From assembly GCF_003019035.1 (NCBI RefSeq), contig NZ_CP027447.1: a stretch of DNA of 64,000 nt; one strand, 5' to 3'. Shown one piece after another: positions 19,066-30,878 of the stretch; position 1 is the first letter of the stretch; the number at the start of each line of letters is the position of its first letter. The DNA comes from Escherichia coli. Its GTDB lineage: Bacteria; Pseudomonadota; Gammaproteobacteria; Enterobacterales; Enterobacteriaceae. A model generated the notes under the pieces. It was not told the DNA's origin, made no database searches, and was given only the letters and a program-made list of their open reading frames with translations. Both the position numbers and the translations under genes were made by a program.

Positions 19066-20565
19066 TTAAATCAACTGCAATGCTATCCAGTACAACCCAC
19101 CAGAAAGAAAAATCGCCGCCGGTAAAGTAAACACCCACGCCATCAGGATGCTGGTTACCGTTTTACGCTGTAACCCACCGCCGTCCACCACCATCGTCCC
19201 TGCTACCGCAGACGAGAGGACGTGTGTTGTGGAGACGGGCATCCCAATATAACTGGCAAGGCCGATAGACACTGCCGCCGTCATTTGTGCCGCCATGCCT
19301 TGCGCATACGTCATGCCGCGCTTACCAATCTTCTCACCGATGGTCATCGCTACACGACGCCAGCCAATCATGGTGCCGATGCCGAGCGCCAGTGCTACCG
19401 CCATGATGATCCACACCGGTGCGTACTCAATGGTGCTTAACATATCGCTGCGCAGTTTTTTCAGCAGGTTCTGGTCTTCTTTACTGACGCCTGGCAGTTT
19501 CGCCAGCTTCGCGGAGGTATCAGAGATGCACAGCATAATGCGGCGCAGCTGGCTGCGCTGACTCACGCTTAACGGCTCGTAACTTTCCATATTGCCTGGC
19601 AGCATCGTTTTAACGCGCGCAATCGCATCAAAGGTATTTGCCGGATGACAGTGAAACTCTGTTACTTGCGTGCCATCAGTCGATGTCGCAGGCAATGGAG
19701 GTTCCATCGTAATCAACTTCTGCGGCAGTTCAGGATGCTGTTGCAGGTAGTGTTCGAAGTTGGTGACGGCATCGCGGGTACGGGTAATTTCATAGCCGGA
19801 CGCGTTCATATTGACGACGAAGCCAGCAGGGGCAATCCCCACCAGTACCAGCATCACCAGGCCGATCCCTTTCTGCCCGTCGTTCGCGCCGTGCGAAAAC
19901 GCCACGCCCGCAGCGGAAACAATCAGCGCAATACGCGTCCAGAATGGCGGCTTACGTTTGCCTTTTTTCTTTTTGCGATCTTCCGGAATGCGGTGAATAC
20001 GGTCACGCTTTTTCGTCCCGCTCCAGAAACGGCGCAGCAGGAAAATCAGACCACCCGCAATGACCAGGCCGACGATAGGGGAAACAATCAGCGAGGAGAA
20101 AATTTTGGTCACTTCACGCAGGTTTAACGCATCCATCACCGATGAGCCGGTTAACAGCGCGTTGGTTAAACCGATGCCGATAATCGCACCAATCAAGGTA
20201 TGCGAACTGGAGGCCGGTAAACCAAAGAACCACGTTCCCAGGTTCCAGATAATCGCCGCCAGCAGCATGGAAAAGACCATCGCCAGGCCGTGAGTTGACC
20301 CCATATTCAGCAACAAATCGGTTGGCAACATATGGACAATGGCATAGGCAACGCTAAGTCCGCCTAGCAATACGCCAAAAAAGTTAAAAAATGCCGCCAT
20401 CACCACAGCAAGTTGTGGTTGCATGGCACGAGTATAAATAACGGTTGCCACCGCATTCGCCGTGTCATGAAAACCATTGATTGCTTCGTAGAACAACACA
20501 AATGCCAGAGCAAGTAATAACAAAAGCCCTGTGTATATATCAAGGCCAACAAATAAATTTAGCAT
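19066..20565 (-). CDS. pitB: low-affinity inorganic phosphate transporter
   Basis: 499-aa ORF with PitA/PitB-type sequence ([35 protein letters not shown]); position next to yghT. Confidence 0.9.
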   Translation of the reverse strand: MLNLFVGLDIYTGLLLLLALAFVLFYEAINGFHDTANAVATVIYTRAMQPQLAVVMAAFFNFFGVLLGGLSVAYAIVHMLPTDLLLNMGSTHGLAMVFSMLLAAIIWNLGTWFFGLPASSSHTLIGAIIGIGLTNALLTGSSVMDALNLREVTKIFSSLIVSPIVGLVIAGGLIFLLRRFWSGTKKRDRIHRIPEDRKKKKGKRKPPFWTRIALIVSAAGVAFSHGANDGQKGIGLVMLVLVGIAPAGFVVNMNASGYEITRTRDAVTNFEHYLQQHPELPQKLITMEPPLPATSTDGTQVTEFHCHPANTFDAIARVKTMLPGNMESYEPLSVSQRSQLRRIMLCISDTSAKLAKLPGVSKEDQNLLKKLRSDMLSTIEYAPVWIIMAVALALGIGTMIGWRRVAMTIGEKIGKRGMTYAQGMAAQMTAAVSIGLASYIGMPVSTTHVLSSAVAGTMVVDGGGLQRKTVTSILMAWVFTLPAAIFLSGGLYWIALQLI

Positions 20566-20806
20566 ATATTAGATTACGCCATTTTGAATTTACGAACGGA
20601 CGCATTATCAGTGACTTTAACGGCATGGGCAAAGTGAAATATCATTTTTTAACGATAAAAAGCGTGTTATTTCTTGTGTATCAGACAATAAGCATTCATT
20701 CAAAATCTTTAGAAATAATCAAAACACAAGTATTCCACTGGTTAATATATTCATATATTAAATAAATAAATATTGGAATATATAAATGTTGAATGTTTTG
20801 ATTAAT

Positions 20807-20841
20807 CCCCGAACTGATTATTCTTCATAATCAGTACGGGG
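20807..20841 (-). terminator. imperfect stem-loop downstream of gss
   Basis: ccccgaactgattat / ataatcagtacgggg inverted repeat just 3' of the gss stop. Confidence 0.35.
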
Positions 20842-20856
20842 TTGCTACAACATGTA

Positions 20857-22716
20857 TTACTCTTTCACCACAATTAGCGGTTCAATATCACTCTCTTTTT
20901 TGATGACCAGTGATTCATCACCGCGCAAACACGTCCCACCGTAGTTGCCGCCAACGGTGAAGGTACATACCTGAATGTATTTACCGTCCACTTTCGGCAA
21001 ACACCACAGTTGCTGATAGATGTTTTTCTGCTCGGCAAATTTACCGCTGGTTTTGTCCAGCACCTCTTCATGATGGCTGACCAGGTCGATATTGCTACCA
21101 CAGCGACCGGCGATCGGTTTCACTGCGTAACCTGTTTTTACCAGTTCATCATTAACAGTGAAATCGGTATCCAGCAGGTAACGATGGTGCGGGAACAGCG
21201 ACCAGAGGATCGGCAGAATCGCTTTGTTGCCGGGGATCACAGTCCACAGAGGTTCAAAGACCAGCACTTCCGGGCGCAGCAATACGTCGATAAGACGCAC
21301 TTCATTTTGCGGATGACCGGTACGGATCGGCACCGCAGCAAACTCACGGTCGCTGACTTCACGAATCTGATCAAACGCGGTTTCCCACGCCCAGGTTTTC
21401 CACACGCAGTTAACCAGTCGCCCTTCCCCATCAATCAGTTGCCCGGCAGCATCCCAGCCCAGTTCATCCAACCCACGCAAGATACGCGTTTCAAAGCCCG
21501 CCTGGTGCAGCGCCTGCTCCATAAACTGCGCGTGATAGTTTTCCTCGATATCTTTGTCCTGCATGATATGGACAAACGGACGTGCACGACTGTGTTTCCA
21601 GGCACCAGCCAGTTCGTTAATCAGCCCTTCCGCAGGATTGAAGCCGTTGCCTTTATAGCCCTGCTCCGCCCAACGTTCGAGGATCAAGCCCGCTTCGGTA
21701 TGACAGGAGGCGGAATCGGCGTTGTATTCGTAGACCTTCAGGCCACGTTCGTCCATGCAGAAATCCATACGACCGGTGATCATATGGTGACGGCGACGCT
21801 GCCAGGAGAGACGCAAACGTGGCCAGAGGATTTTCGGAATGTCGAACAGCGCCAGCAGGTTGTCATCTTTTAGCACCTTGTCGGTGGCGTGAAGATACAT
21901 CAGGTGCAGCTCGTTGGTGGCTTTAATCAGCTCCTGCTCTGCGCTCTCGGTAATGGTGTAGTAATGATACGGATCCTGATTGATCACCTGACCGTTGGCC
22001 TGCACGTAGGCATTTTGTAGCGGATCTTTTTCATCCAGCCATTTACCGTCAAACTGACCTTTGTTTTCCAGACGCGCTCCGCTGATTTTCAGCAGCTCGC
22101 CTGCAATTTCCGGCTGCGGTAAGCTGTAGTCGGTATCTTCCGTCTGGATCATCCAGCCCAGAATGGTGGTGTCATCAAACGTGTCTTTAAGGGTATAGCA
22201 GCCGTTTTCGACCACCATCTCCAGCTCGCGTGTCCACTGTTGCCCTTGCGGCAACGGGGAATGAATCACGTTCTGTTCCGCAATACGGACTTTGTTGCCA
22301 TGCAATTGAGTAATGATGGCGACATGGCCAGTGTCTTTAAATTCACCGCCTTTATCCCAGATAAGAAGCGCGCCCGCGACCGGTGCACGCGGCGAGCCAT
22401 TAGGAAATGCCTGCAATGGCAGGATGTTGTCATTAACCACTTCACGCAGGAAGCGCAGCGAGAAAATCTCCCACGCCATACCCACGTCAGTGAAGACCAC
22501 ACCGTAATTCAGAAAGAGAAAACGGCGAGCAAATTCAACGCATTGCCATTTGTGGCCCATATATTCGTCGTCGATATAGCTACGGAATACGGCGTCATCT
22601 TCGTATTCCTGCGGATCGAGAGAACTGTAATCTGAAGAGTAGATTGCTACCCCACCTGGGGCGTAGCCCAATAATGTCCCGAACGGGGCATCCTGGCTGG
22701 TCGTTCCTTTGCTCAT
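20857..22716 (-). CDS. gss: bifunctional glutathionylspermidine synthetase/amidase
   Basis: ORF begins MMSKGTTSQDAPFG; start placed at second Met to give 619 aa. Confidence 0.9.
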   Translation of the reverse strand: MSKGTTSQDAPFGTLLGYAPGGVAIYSSDYSSLDPQEYEDDAVFRSYIDDEYMGHKWQCVEFARRFLFLNYGVVFTDVGMAWEIFSLRFLREVVNDNILPLQAFPNGSPRAPVAGALLIWDKGGEFKDTGHVAIITQLHGNKVRIAEQNVIHSPLPQGQQWTRELEMVVENGCYTLKDTFDDTTILGWMIQTEDTDYSLPQPEIAGELLKISGARLENKGQFDGKWLDEKDPLQNAYVQANGQVINQDPYHYYTITESAEQELIKATNELHLMYLHATDKVLKDDNLLALFDIPKILWPRLRLSWQRRRHHMITGRMDFCMDERGLKVYEYNADSASCHTEAGLILERWAEQGYKGNGFNPAEGLINELAGAWKHSRARPFVHIMQDKDIEENYHAQFMEQALHQAGFETRILRGLDELGWDAAGQLIDGEGRLVNCVWKTWAWETAFDQIREVSDREFAAVPIRTGHPQNEVRLIDVLLRPEVLVFEPLWTVIPGNKAILPILWSLFPHHRYLLDTDFTVNDELVKTGYAVKPIAGRCGSNIDLVSHHEEVLDKTSGKFAEQKNIYQQLWCLPKVDGKYIQVCTFTVGGNYGGTCLRGDESLVIKKESDIEPLIVVKE

Positions 22717-22920
22717 CACTTTACCTTTAACAATACAACCTAAGCAGTTGGCGTAATTGTTGTGCTCTGATTACCTGCTCAGCGACATTAACCGGACAGA
22801 GGTCAGACTAATCATACACCTCATCGCAGCGGCTGGCGCAAAGGGTTAAAAAATTCACATTCTGTACAGCAAGTGACCTGCTACACTGCTTCAACACTAC
22901 CACTCAGAAGGCAACTCACT

Positions 22921-23787
22921 ATGACAGACAATACTTATCAGCCCGCGAAAGTCTGGACGTGGGATAAATCCGCTGGCGGCGCGTTCGCCAATATCAATCG
23001 CCCGGTTTCTGGTCCGACGCATGAAAAAACGCTGCCCGTTGGCAAACACCCATTACAACTTTATTCGCTGGGAACGCCGAACGGTCAGAAAGTAACGATT
23101 ATGCTTGAGGAGCTGCTGGCGCTGGGCGTTACTGGTGCAGAGTACGATGCCTGGCTGATACGCATAGGCGATGGCGATCAATTCTCCAGCGGCTTTGTCG
23201 AAGTGAACCCAAACTCGAAGATCCCGGCATTGCGCGACCATACCCATAATCCACCGATCCGCGTGTTTGAATCTGGTTCGATCCTGCTTTATCTGGCGGA
23301 GAAATTTGGCTATTTCCTGCCGCAGGATTTGGCAAAGCGTACTGAAACGATGAACTGGCTGTTCTGGTTACAGGGCGCGGCACCGTTCCTCGGCGGTGGT
23401 TTTGGTCACTTTTACCATTACGCGCCGGTGAAAATTGAGTACGCCATCAACCGCTTTACCATGGAAGCCAAGCGCCTGCTCGACGTGCTGGATAAGCAAC
23501 TGGCGCAGCACAAGTTTGTTGCGGGCGATGAGTACACCATTGCGGATATGGCGATCTGGCCGTGGTTTGGCAATGTGGTGTTAGGCGGCGTATATGATGC
23601 CGCAGAGTTTCTTGATGCGGGCAGTTATAAGCATGTACAACGCTGGGCGAAAGAAGTGGGCGAACGTCCGGCGGTGAAGCGTGGGCGTATTGTTAACCGC
23701 ATCAACGGACCGCTGAACGAGCAGTTGCATGAGCGCCATGACGCCAGTGATTTCGAGACGAATACGGAAGATAAGCGTCAGGGGTAA
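22921..23787 (+). CDS. yghU: glutathione S-transferase-like disulfide-bond reductase
   Basis: ORF trimmed to MTDNTYQPAKVW start (288 aa); GST fold. Confidence 0.9.
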   Translation: MTDNTYQPAKVWTWDKSAGGAFANINRPVSGPTHEKTLPVGKHPLQLYSLGTPNGQKVTIMLEELLALGVTGAEYDAWLIRIGDGDQFSSGFVEVNPNSKIPALRDHTHNPPIRVFESGSILLYLAEKFGYFLPQDLAKRTETMNWLFWLQGAAPFLGGGFGHFYHYAPVKIEYAINRFTMEAKRLLDVLDKQLAQHKFVAGDEYTIADMAIWPWFGNVVLGGVYDAAEFLDAGSYKHVQRWAKEVGERPAVKRGRIVNRINGPLNEQLHERHDASDFETNTEDKRQG

Positions 23788-23818
23788 GTCGCAACATTGG
23801 CAGGCTTATCGCTATGTA

Positions 23819-23848
23819 GCCGGATAAAGCATTTACGCCGCATCCGGC
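23819..23848. repeat. REP (repetitive extragenic palindromic) element
   Basis: gccggataaagcatttacgccgcatccggc between convergent yghU and hybG; matches enterobacterial REP pattern. Confidence 0.7.
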
Positions 23849-23856
23849 TTTAATCA

Positions 23857-24105
23857 TCACGCGCTGGTAATGTCGTAATCCATTTGGCGCAGCGCGTCTA
23901 ATGTGGCTTTGGCTTCATCTTCGTCGATGATGCTCATGGCAAATCCGACGTGTACCAGCACCCACTGGCCCAGCAGATCGGCAGGGTTACCTTCACAAAT
24001 CAGGGCGATATTCACGTCGCGCTTGATACCACATACTTCAACCTGCGCAAGCTGGTGAATATCCTCACCGACAGCCAGCACCTGGCCTGGAACGCCAATA
24101 CACAT
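23857..24105 (-). CDS. hybG: hydrogenase maturation chaperone (HypC family)
   Basis: 82-aa ORF starting MCIGVPGQV. Confidence 0.9.
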
Positions 24106-24117
24106 TGTTAACTCCGG

Positions 24118-24459
24118 TTATTCAACTTCAATACTTTTGACGATCAGCGAATCGCCGGTATCGACACGCAACCGCTCGCCATGACAGAGCGGACACTGCG
24201 CATCGTGCTGATGAATCTCCACCACCTGGCTGCAATCCCAGCACCAGGCCTGGGCGGGTTTATAGACGATATGTAAATCGCACCCTTGCGCCACCGTTCC
24301 GTGGCAGACAATTTCAAAACTAAAACGGACGGCGCTCTCCTCAACGCAGGAGAGCGCGCCAATTTCCAGCCACACGGCGGTGACGCGCTTAACATCGTGC
24401 TGCTCCGCCTGCCGTTGGATAATTTCAACGGCGCTCTGGCAAAGCGACAACTCATGCAT
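24118..24459 (-). CDS. hybF: hydrogenase nickel-incorporation protein (HypA family)
   Basis: Start set at MHELSLCQ (113 aa); CxxC zinc motifs. Confidence 0.9.
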   Translation of the reverse strand: MHELSLCQSAVEIIQRQAEQHDVKRVTAVWLEIGALSCVEESAVRFSFEIVCHGTVAQGCDLHIVYKPAQAWCWDCSQVVEIHQHDAQCPLCHGERLRVDTGDSLIVKSIEVE

Positions 24460-24940
24460 TTTCGCCACTCCTGCGGCCAAACAGCAGGGCGCGACGCCCT
24501 GCGTGTGGTACATCCGGATTCGTGACTGGCAGCGAAAGGATCATTCGTGCGCAGTCATCCGTCAGGCGTTGGCCCTCTTCAATCGACATGCTGTGCGAAA
24601 GCGGCGACATCAGCGAGCAGGAGAGGTATTGCGAAACACCGTCCAGTTCACCAACAGTAAAGGTCATAGTGCCATACGGCAGTTGCAGACCAATTTTTTC
24701 ACTCACTTTGCGCAGCGGCCAGAGTTGATCCGGGCCGGGGAAGATAACCGCACTCAGCATCCACGGGGTGATCACACACCCCGTCCACTGACCTTCGAAC
24801 AGCGTAAAGTCAGAAACATACACCGGCATTGAAGGATGCAGAAAAGAGAGATCGTGCATCGAACGCCGGGCAATTTCTTCAAACGCTGCCTGTACTTGCG
24901 CCTTCGGGGAGGTCTGGAAACCTGCTATCTCTTCAGTCAT
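24452..24940 (-). CDS. hybE: hydrogenase-2 operon chaperone
   Basis: Start set at MTEEIAGFQ (162 aa); overlaps hybF start and hybD stop. Confidence 0.85.
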   Translation of the reverse strand: MTEEIAGFQTSPKAQVQAAFEEIARRSMHDLSFLHPSMPVYVSDFTLFEGQWTGCVITPWMLSAVIFPGPDQLWPLRKVSEKIGLQLPYGTMTFTVGELDGVSQYLSCSLMSPLSHSMSIEEGQRLTDDCARMILSLPVTNPDVPHAGRRALLFGRRSGENA

Positions 24941-25427
24941 GAATCGCCTCCCGTGGGATAGCTTCCACGCCTGATTCGCGCAGCGCAGCCAGAACCTGCT
25001 CAAGCGCAGGTTCAATCATCGCTTCGACCGTCGGCGTTAAGCCGATGTGTGGCTCCAGTGATTCCGGGATCACGCCGACCAGGGTCAGCTTTTTCGGAAA
25101 CTCGCCGGTGAAGCGCAGGGCCGACAATACGTCGGCCAGGCCAAGCTGATGCGGAGAGATTTTGTTGGTAAACAACGCCGGAACTTCTTCATCCCGCAGG
25201 ATCATCATCGTTCCCGGCGCATTCTTTTTCGACACAATGGCATCCGCAATAATCAGATGATCGCGATTTGCCATGTCGCCAAGCAGCTCCATTCCCGCCG
25301 TGCCGCCATCGAGGATCTCAACATAATCCGGCAGAATGTATCGTTGCTCTAACGCTTCGACAATCCGCACACCGATAGCTTCATCGGTCAGCAAAATATT
25401 GCCGACCCCTAAGACTAAAATACGCAT
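24933..25427 (-). CDS. hybD: hydrogenase-2 maturation endopeptidase
   Basis: Start set at MRILVLGVGN (164 aa). Confidence 0.9.
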   Translation of the reverse strand: MRILVLGVGNILLTDEAIGVRIVEALEQRYILPDYVEILDGGTAGMELLGDMANRDHLIIADAIVSKKNAPGTMMILRDEEVPALFTNKISPHQLGLADVLSALRFTGEFPKKLTLVGVIPESLEPHIGLTPTVEAMIEPALEQVLAALRESGVEAIPREAIHD

Positions 25428-27130
25428 TACAGAACCTTCACTGAAACCACTTCGTTGCCGTCGGCATCCACTACGTGTACCGCACAGGCCATGCACGGGT
25501 CGAAGGAGTGAATGGTACGCACCACTTCCAGCGGTTTATTCGGATCGGCAACCGGTGTACCCACCAGCGACTGCTCGTAAGGACCGACGTCATCATTGAA
25601 GTTACGCGGACCAGAGTTCCAGGTTGATGGAACAACCGCCTGGTAGTTGCTGATGATACCGTCTTTAATAACCATCCAGTGAGACAGCATACCGCGCGGT
25701 GCTTCGAGGAAACCTACGCCTTTGAACTCACCCGTTGCCGGAATGTTCGGCTTCACAAAGGTGGTGTGATCGCCTTTGCCGATATTGGTGATCAGTGCAC
25801 TGTATTGATTTTGCAGGATATCCTGCAATTCGCAGCAGTGAACGGTACGACCAATAATACGGCCCAGCGTGGAGTGCAGTTGCGCCACTTCCAGCGTGTT
25901 GCCAGTCAGTTTCTGATAAATCGCAACGATTTCATTCAGTTTGTTCTGGGTAGACTCGCGTCCTGCCGCCAGTTTCACCAGCATGTTAGCCAGCGGACCC
26001 ACTTCTACCGTTTTGCCGTAGAAAGTCGGTGATTTCACCCAGGAGTATTTACCGTCGTCAGACCAACCATCATAAGCCGGAATGGTGGTACCTTCCCACG
26101 GTGCCTGCGGCGCTTCGTCTTTATACCAGGAGTGCTTCGCGCTCTCCTGAATGCCTTTAATCAGGTATTCATCGGAGTGGGAAGTGATCGGGCGATACGA
26201 GGACAGATCCGCATTCTCAATGTAGCCGCCCGGGAACAGGAAGCTGCCGTTTTTGCTGTCGGTCGGGAATTCCGGCACGCTCAGGTAGTTCACCGCACCT
26301 TTACCGCGCGTCAGCCATTCCGGGTAGAACGCGGCGATAACCGCGGTATCAACCTTATAAACCTGCTCAACAAAGTCGCTCAGTTTATCGATGAAAGACT
26401 TGATGTACATCAGGCGCTCAAGGTTCAGCACGCCCAGACCGTCGAGGTTGATTGGGTTAGCGACCCCACCTACCGCCAGGTTCTGAATGTGCGGCGTTTT
26501 ACCGCCCAGCAGCGCCACGACGCGGTTAGCGTCACGCTGGCACTCCAGCGCCTGCAGGTAGTGCGCTACCGCAATCAGGTTCACTTCCGGCGGCAGTTTC
26601 ATCGCCGGGTGACCCCAGTAGCCATTGGCGAAAATACCCAACTGACCGCTGGCAACCAGATCTTTGATCTTGTTCTGAACTTTGGTGAACTCTTCCGGGC
26701 TGTTCAGGTGCCAGGTCGAAACACCTTTCAGCATTTCGGAGGCTTTGGTTGGGTCAGCTTGCAGTGCAGAAGTGATGTCCACCCAGTCCAGCGCCGAGAG
26801 CTGATAGAAATGAACGATATGGTCATGCGTGGTGTGCGCAGCCAGAATGATGTTACGGATGTATTGCGCGTTAACCGGAACGTCGATATTCAGTGCACTT
26901 TCTGCCGCACGAACGGAAGACAGCGCGTGAGTGGTAGTACATACGCCACAGATACGTTGCACAATCATCCATGCATCGCGCGGATCGCGGTTTTTCACGA
27001 TCTCTTCCATGCCGCGCCACATGGTACCGGAAGCCCATGCTTTCGAAACGACGCCATTTTCGATTTCGCAATCGATGCGTAAATGCCCCTCAATACGGGT
27101 TACCGGATCAATAGTAATTCTCTGGCTCAT
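25427..27130 (-). CDS. hybC: [NiFe] hydrogenase-2 large subunit
   Basis: 567-aa ORF; N-terminal RxEGH and C-terminal DPCxxCxxH nickel-ligand motifs. Confidence 0.95.
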   Translation of the reverse strand: MSQRITIDPVTRIEGHLRIDCEIENGVVSKAWASGTMWRGMEEIVKNRDPRDAWMIVQRICGVCTTTHALSSVRAAESALNIDVPVNAQYIRNIILAAHTTHDHIVHFYQLSALDWVDITSALQADPTKASEMLKGVSTWHLNSPEEFTKVQNKIKDLVASGQLGIFANGYWGHPAMKLPPEVNLIAVAHYLQALECQRDANRVVALLGGKTPHIQNLAVGGVANPINLDGLGVLNLERLMYIKSFIDKLSDFVEQVYKVDTAVIAAFYPEWLTRGKGAVNYLSVPEFPTDSKNGSFLFPGGYIENADLSSYRPITSHSDEYLIKGIQESAKHSWYKDEAPQAPWEGTTIPAYDGWSDDGKYSWVKSPTFYGKTVEVGPLANMLVKLAAGRESTQNKLNEIVAIYQKLTGNTLEVAQLHSTLGRIIGRTVHCCELQDILQNQYSALITNIGKGDHTTFVKPNIPATGEFKGVGFLEAPRGMLSHWMVIKDGIISNYQAVVPSTWNSGPRNFNDDVGPYEQSLVGTPVADPNKPLEVVRTIHSFDPCMACAVHVVDADGNEVVSVKVL

Positions 27131-28305
27131 GCTTTGCTCGCCTCATGACGATTATGATCGTTTTGTTTTAAAGGAGGAAGTATCGGCAGTAGACGAATGA
27201 GTACGATGTAAGCGCAAATCTCAATAGCCACAAAACCAATAGAAATCAACAGTTCTTCCCAGGTCGGGAAGTAGGCGTAACCGCCGCCCGGGTTGAATGC
27301 CACCAGCGAATAGGTCAGACGCCAGGTTGCACAACCTAACAGCGCGCTCAGTGCTGACAGGAACAGCATGCGGGAATCATTACGCAGCTTCGCCACACGC
27401 AGAACGACCAGCGGGAAGAGCATCAGCAGGACTTCAATCCAGAACATCACGGAGTAGAAGTCACCGGCAAACGCTAACGACAGCTTGTCGCGATAGATAA
27501 GCTCGCCAAAGCGCAGCACGATGAAAATCGCCAGCAACACACTGATGGTGTTGGTCAGCTTAACGAACAGACTCTTTTCATCCGGACCGTTGCCACGCAG
27601 ACCCGCCTGCACCAGCGAACCTTCAAAGATGACAATTGAGAAGCCCATGATGAACGCCGTCAGCAGCGAGAACAGCGGCAACATTTCATAGCTTTGCCAC
27701 AGCGGATGCACCTTGTAGCCCGCCGAGATCATCAGCGACCCCATTGAAGACTGGTGCATGGTCGGCAGCAGCGCGCCAAGTGCAATGATGAAGAACATCA
27801 CCTTGTTCAGACGCTGTAGCGATACCTTCCAGCCCAGACGTTCAAACAGTGCCGGAGCAAACTCCAGTGCCATCACGCCGATATAGATGGTCATACAGAC
27901 CGCCGTCTCGAACAGTACCGAGTTCACGTTGAAGTGACCCGGAATGTAGAAGTACGGCAGGTTCCAGTAGCGACCCACGTCGATGGTGATCGACAAGCCA
28001 CCCAAGGAGTAACCGAACAGACTCGCCAACAGCGCCGGACGCACCAGCGGATGGTATTGCCCACGGTTAAAGACGTATACTGCCCACGCCAGCGCCCAGC
28101 CGCCACAGGCAAAGCCGGTACCGATCAACAGGTCAAACGCGATCCACACGCCCCACGGGAAGCCGCCGTTCAGGTCAGAGACAGAGCCAAGACCGAACAC
28201 CAGACGCTTCACAATCAGGAGCATACAGATGACGATTAACGGTCCAAAAATCATGACCGGTTTACTGATGATTTTGCCGCCCAGCGGTTGTGGATCATGA
28301 CTCAT
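27127..28305 (-). CDS. hybB: hydrogenase-2 integral membrane subunit
   Basis: 392-aa polytopic membrane ORF between hybA and hybC. Confidence 0.9.
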
Positions 28306-29281
28306 GATCGTCTCCTCCGTCGTGATGGTCGTTTTTGGTGTTGCGACGAACCAGCACGGTTAAGCCCGCCAGCACAGCCAGTGGTAGCATCATGCCTTTA
28401 TACAGGGTGTGTTGAATATTTTCGGAACGCGCACCGGTAGAAAGATCGTCCAGTTTCGGCAGGTCGAGATTTTCATAAGGCACACCCGTCAGTACCAGAA
28501 CCTGAGTACCGCCGCCCTCTTTCTCGCCGTACAGATGCGGATAATATTTCGGCACCGTATGCAGGTAAGTGTCGCCAGATTTCAGCGTCTGACGCGGATA
28601 GTGGTATTCGCTGCCAGGCTTCAGCGCCAGACGTTTTTTCGCCTCCGCCATCAGCTCTTCACGCGTACCGAAAATCACCGCGCCCGCCGGGCACACTTCT
28701 ACGCAGCCAGGCAGACCGCCTTTATCGAGACGTTCCACACCTTTCTGGTTGCACAGCTCGCACTTATGCAGCGCACCAAACGGGTTGTTGTAGTCGTACT
28801 TCGGCACATTGTATGGGCAGGCGACCATGCAGTAACGGCAGCCGGTGCACACATCTTTGTCGTAATGGACAATGCCGGTTTTCGGATCTTTTTTCAGTGC
28901 AGAGACCGGGCACACAGAGACACAGTTCGGATCGACGCAGTGCATACACTGTTTCTTAATGTACGCGTAGCCGTTCTCTTCCTGGTCTTTGTTGACACCC
29001 GTGCCGCTGGTCCACACCTGAATGATGTTATTGGTATACGGCGACAGTTTGTCGTTGTTCGACCAGGTCTGTTCCCCTTGCGGGTTACGTTCAGGGAAGT
29101 TGATATCCTGACACTTGGTGACGCAAGCCTGGCAGCCTACGCACAAGGTCGAGTCGTACAACATCCCCAGCGATCCCGGAATTGGCGGGCGGTTTTCAGC
29201 AGCCGCATGACTGACAGACGGCAACGCGCCCGTCAGCAATGCCCCGCAGGAGGCTGCTTTAATAAAATTACGTCTGTTCAC
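28295..29281 (-). CDS. hybA: hydrogenase-2 ferredoxin-type Fe-S subunit
   Basis: 328-aa ORF with twin-arginine signal ([15 protein letters not shown]) and multiple CxxCxxCxxxCP clusters. Confidence 0.9.
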
Positions 29282-29283
29282 GG

Positions 29284-30402
29284 TTATTCTCCCCGTGAGT
29301 CAGCGTTATCTTTCTTTTGCTGACGACCCAGTTCACGCACCGCCATCACGCTGACACCGGCAACCAGCCCAACCACACCGCCGAGCAAACCAATAGCGCC
29401 CGCAGAGACGTTGCCGCCTTCTTTAGCGTTAACGTCCGGTTTCTGTGAACGCGGAGTCTGATTTTCGACGTTGGCAAGCTGATGGATGCCTTTATGGAAG
29501 CCGATACCTTCTTCGTTACAGCCATAGCACGGGTGACCAATCGCCACCGGCCACACGCCGCCAACGTCGCAGAATTGCAGCGTTGAGCAGTTGCCGTAAG
29601 TTTCTGGCCCTTTACAGCCGAGGTGGTACAGGCACCAGCCTTCACGGTGGCCTTCGTCGCCGAACTCTTTCGCAAAGCGACCAGCATCGAAGTGCGGGCG
29701 ACGTTCACAGTGTTCGTGAATCAGACGGCCATAGGCGAAGGTCGGACGGTTTTTGTCATCCAGTTTCGGCGGCTTGCCGTAAGTGATAATGTGCGCAACG
29801 GTCGCGAGGAAGTTGTGCGGGTTCGGCGGGCAGCCCGGAATGTTGATAACGGTTTTGCCAGGCAGAACTTCTTGCAGGCTGACTGCGCCAGTTGGGTTAA
29901 CCCCAGCCGCGGCAACACCGCCCCACGCAGAGCAGGAACCGATAGCGATAATGGCTGCTGCGCCTTCCGCCGCTTTGCGGATGTGATCCACAATCGGCTC
30001 ACCGGCAACCATGCAATAAATACCATTATCTTTTAATGGGATGGAACCATCCACCACTAACACATACTGCCCTTTGTACTTCTCGAGAGCGTTATGTTTG
30101 TTCTCTTCGACCTGATGACCGAAGGCGGCGGAAAGCACTTCGTGATATTCCAGAGAGATAGTCTCCAGCACGAGGTTTTCTACCGTTGGATGCGTTGCAC
30201 GAAGCAGAGATTCCGTACAACCGGTACACTCCTGCGCGCCAATCCAGATAACTGGCGGACGCTGCGGGTTAGTAACCGATTCGGCCATCTCTGCCGCGGC
30301 TTTGCTACTTAACCCCATGGTGGCGGCTAATGCTGCACAAAGCTTCATGAAATCACGACGGTTAATGCCGTGAGAATGGATGAGGGTGTTATCTCCAGTC
30401 AT
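29284..30402 (-). CDS. hybO: [NiFe] hydrogenase-2 small subunit
   Basis: 372-aa ORF with Tat signal ([13 protein letters not shown]) and Fe-S cysteine ligands. Confidence 0.9.
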   Translation of the reverse strand: MTGDNTLIHSHGINRRDFMKLCAALAATMGLSSKAAAEMAESVTNPQRPPVIWIGAQECTGCTESLLRATHPTVENLVLETISLEYHEVLSAAFGHQVEENKHNALEKYKGQYVLVVDGSIPLKDNGIYCMVAGEPIVDHIRKAAEGAAAIIAIGSCSAWGGVAAAGVNPTGAVSLQEVLPGKTVINIPGCPPNPHNFLATVAHIITYGKPPKLDDKNRPTFAYGRLIHEHCERRPHFDAGRFAKEFGDEGHREGWCLYHLGCKGPETYGNCSTLQFCDVGGVWPVAIGHPCYGCNEEGIGFHKGIHQLANVENQTPRSQKPDVNAKEGGNVSAGAIGLLGGVVGLVAGVSVMAVRELGRQQKKDNADSRGE

Positions 30403-30590
30403 TTATAGTTATTCCGTTGCGAAGACCTGGCATATATTTTGCCTCAATCGCAAAATCAATAATGCGATCGATGCGCCATTTACCACACATTTATTATGGT
30501 TATCGATATCATGATACTGCGGCGGGGCGCTAAAACGAAGGGAAGAAGCATTAGTGTAATTAATTAAAGCAAGATAATACGTATGTTTGA
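30403..30590 (-). promoter_or_regulatory. hyb operon promoter region
   Basis: 188-bp AT-rich non-coding interval immediately upstream of hybO; regulatory role inferred from position. Confidence 0.4.
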
Positions 30591-30878
30591 TCAATTTTCG
30601 AGGCGATAACCGGCCATAAAAAAGCGCAACGTAGAACAGGAATTATTCTCACGAAAGAAATCCATTACCATCTCTTTATCCAGTCCATAGCGGCGCGTCA
30701 GAATACCCGCTTCCCAGGCGCTAAGCTGGCGATCTCCGGTCTTTTCGTACATCCGGTGTGAGTAGCCTAATACAAAACCGCGTTTATAATCGGCACAGTA
30801 TTTTGTCACATTAACCGCACTGTCGGCATGCGTTGCTTTTAATCCCGCCATTAAGCCTTTACCAAAATGGTTATTCAT
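30591..30878 (-). CDS. yghW: DUF2623-family small protein
   Basis: 95-aa ORF upstream of hyb operon. Confidence 0.8.
   Translation of the reverse strand: MNNHFGKGLMAGLKATHADSAVNVTKYCADYKRGFVLGYSHRMYEKTGDRQLSAWEAGILTRRYGLDKEMVMDFFRENNSCSTLRFFMAGYRLEN

Noticed and set aside
21010-21873. Long plus-strand ORFs (287 aa here; also 26132-27082, 28409-29323, 43479-44696, 55946-56785, 15722-16369) lying antisense inside gss, hybC, hybA, ygiQ, parC and yghQ
   Set aside because: They are entirely contained within well-supported genes on the opposite strand, have biased low-complexity (Arg/His/Gln-rich) translations and no recognisable domains; typical shadow ORFs of GC-balanced coding sequence.
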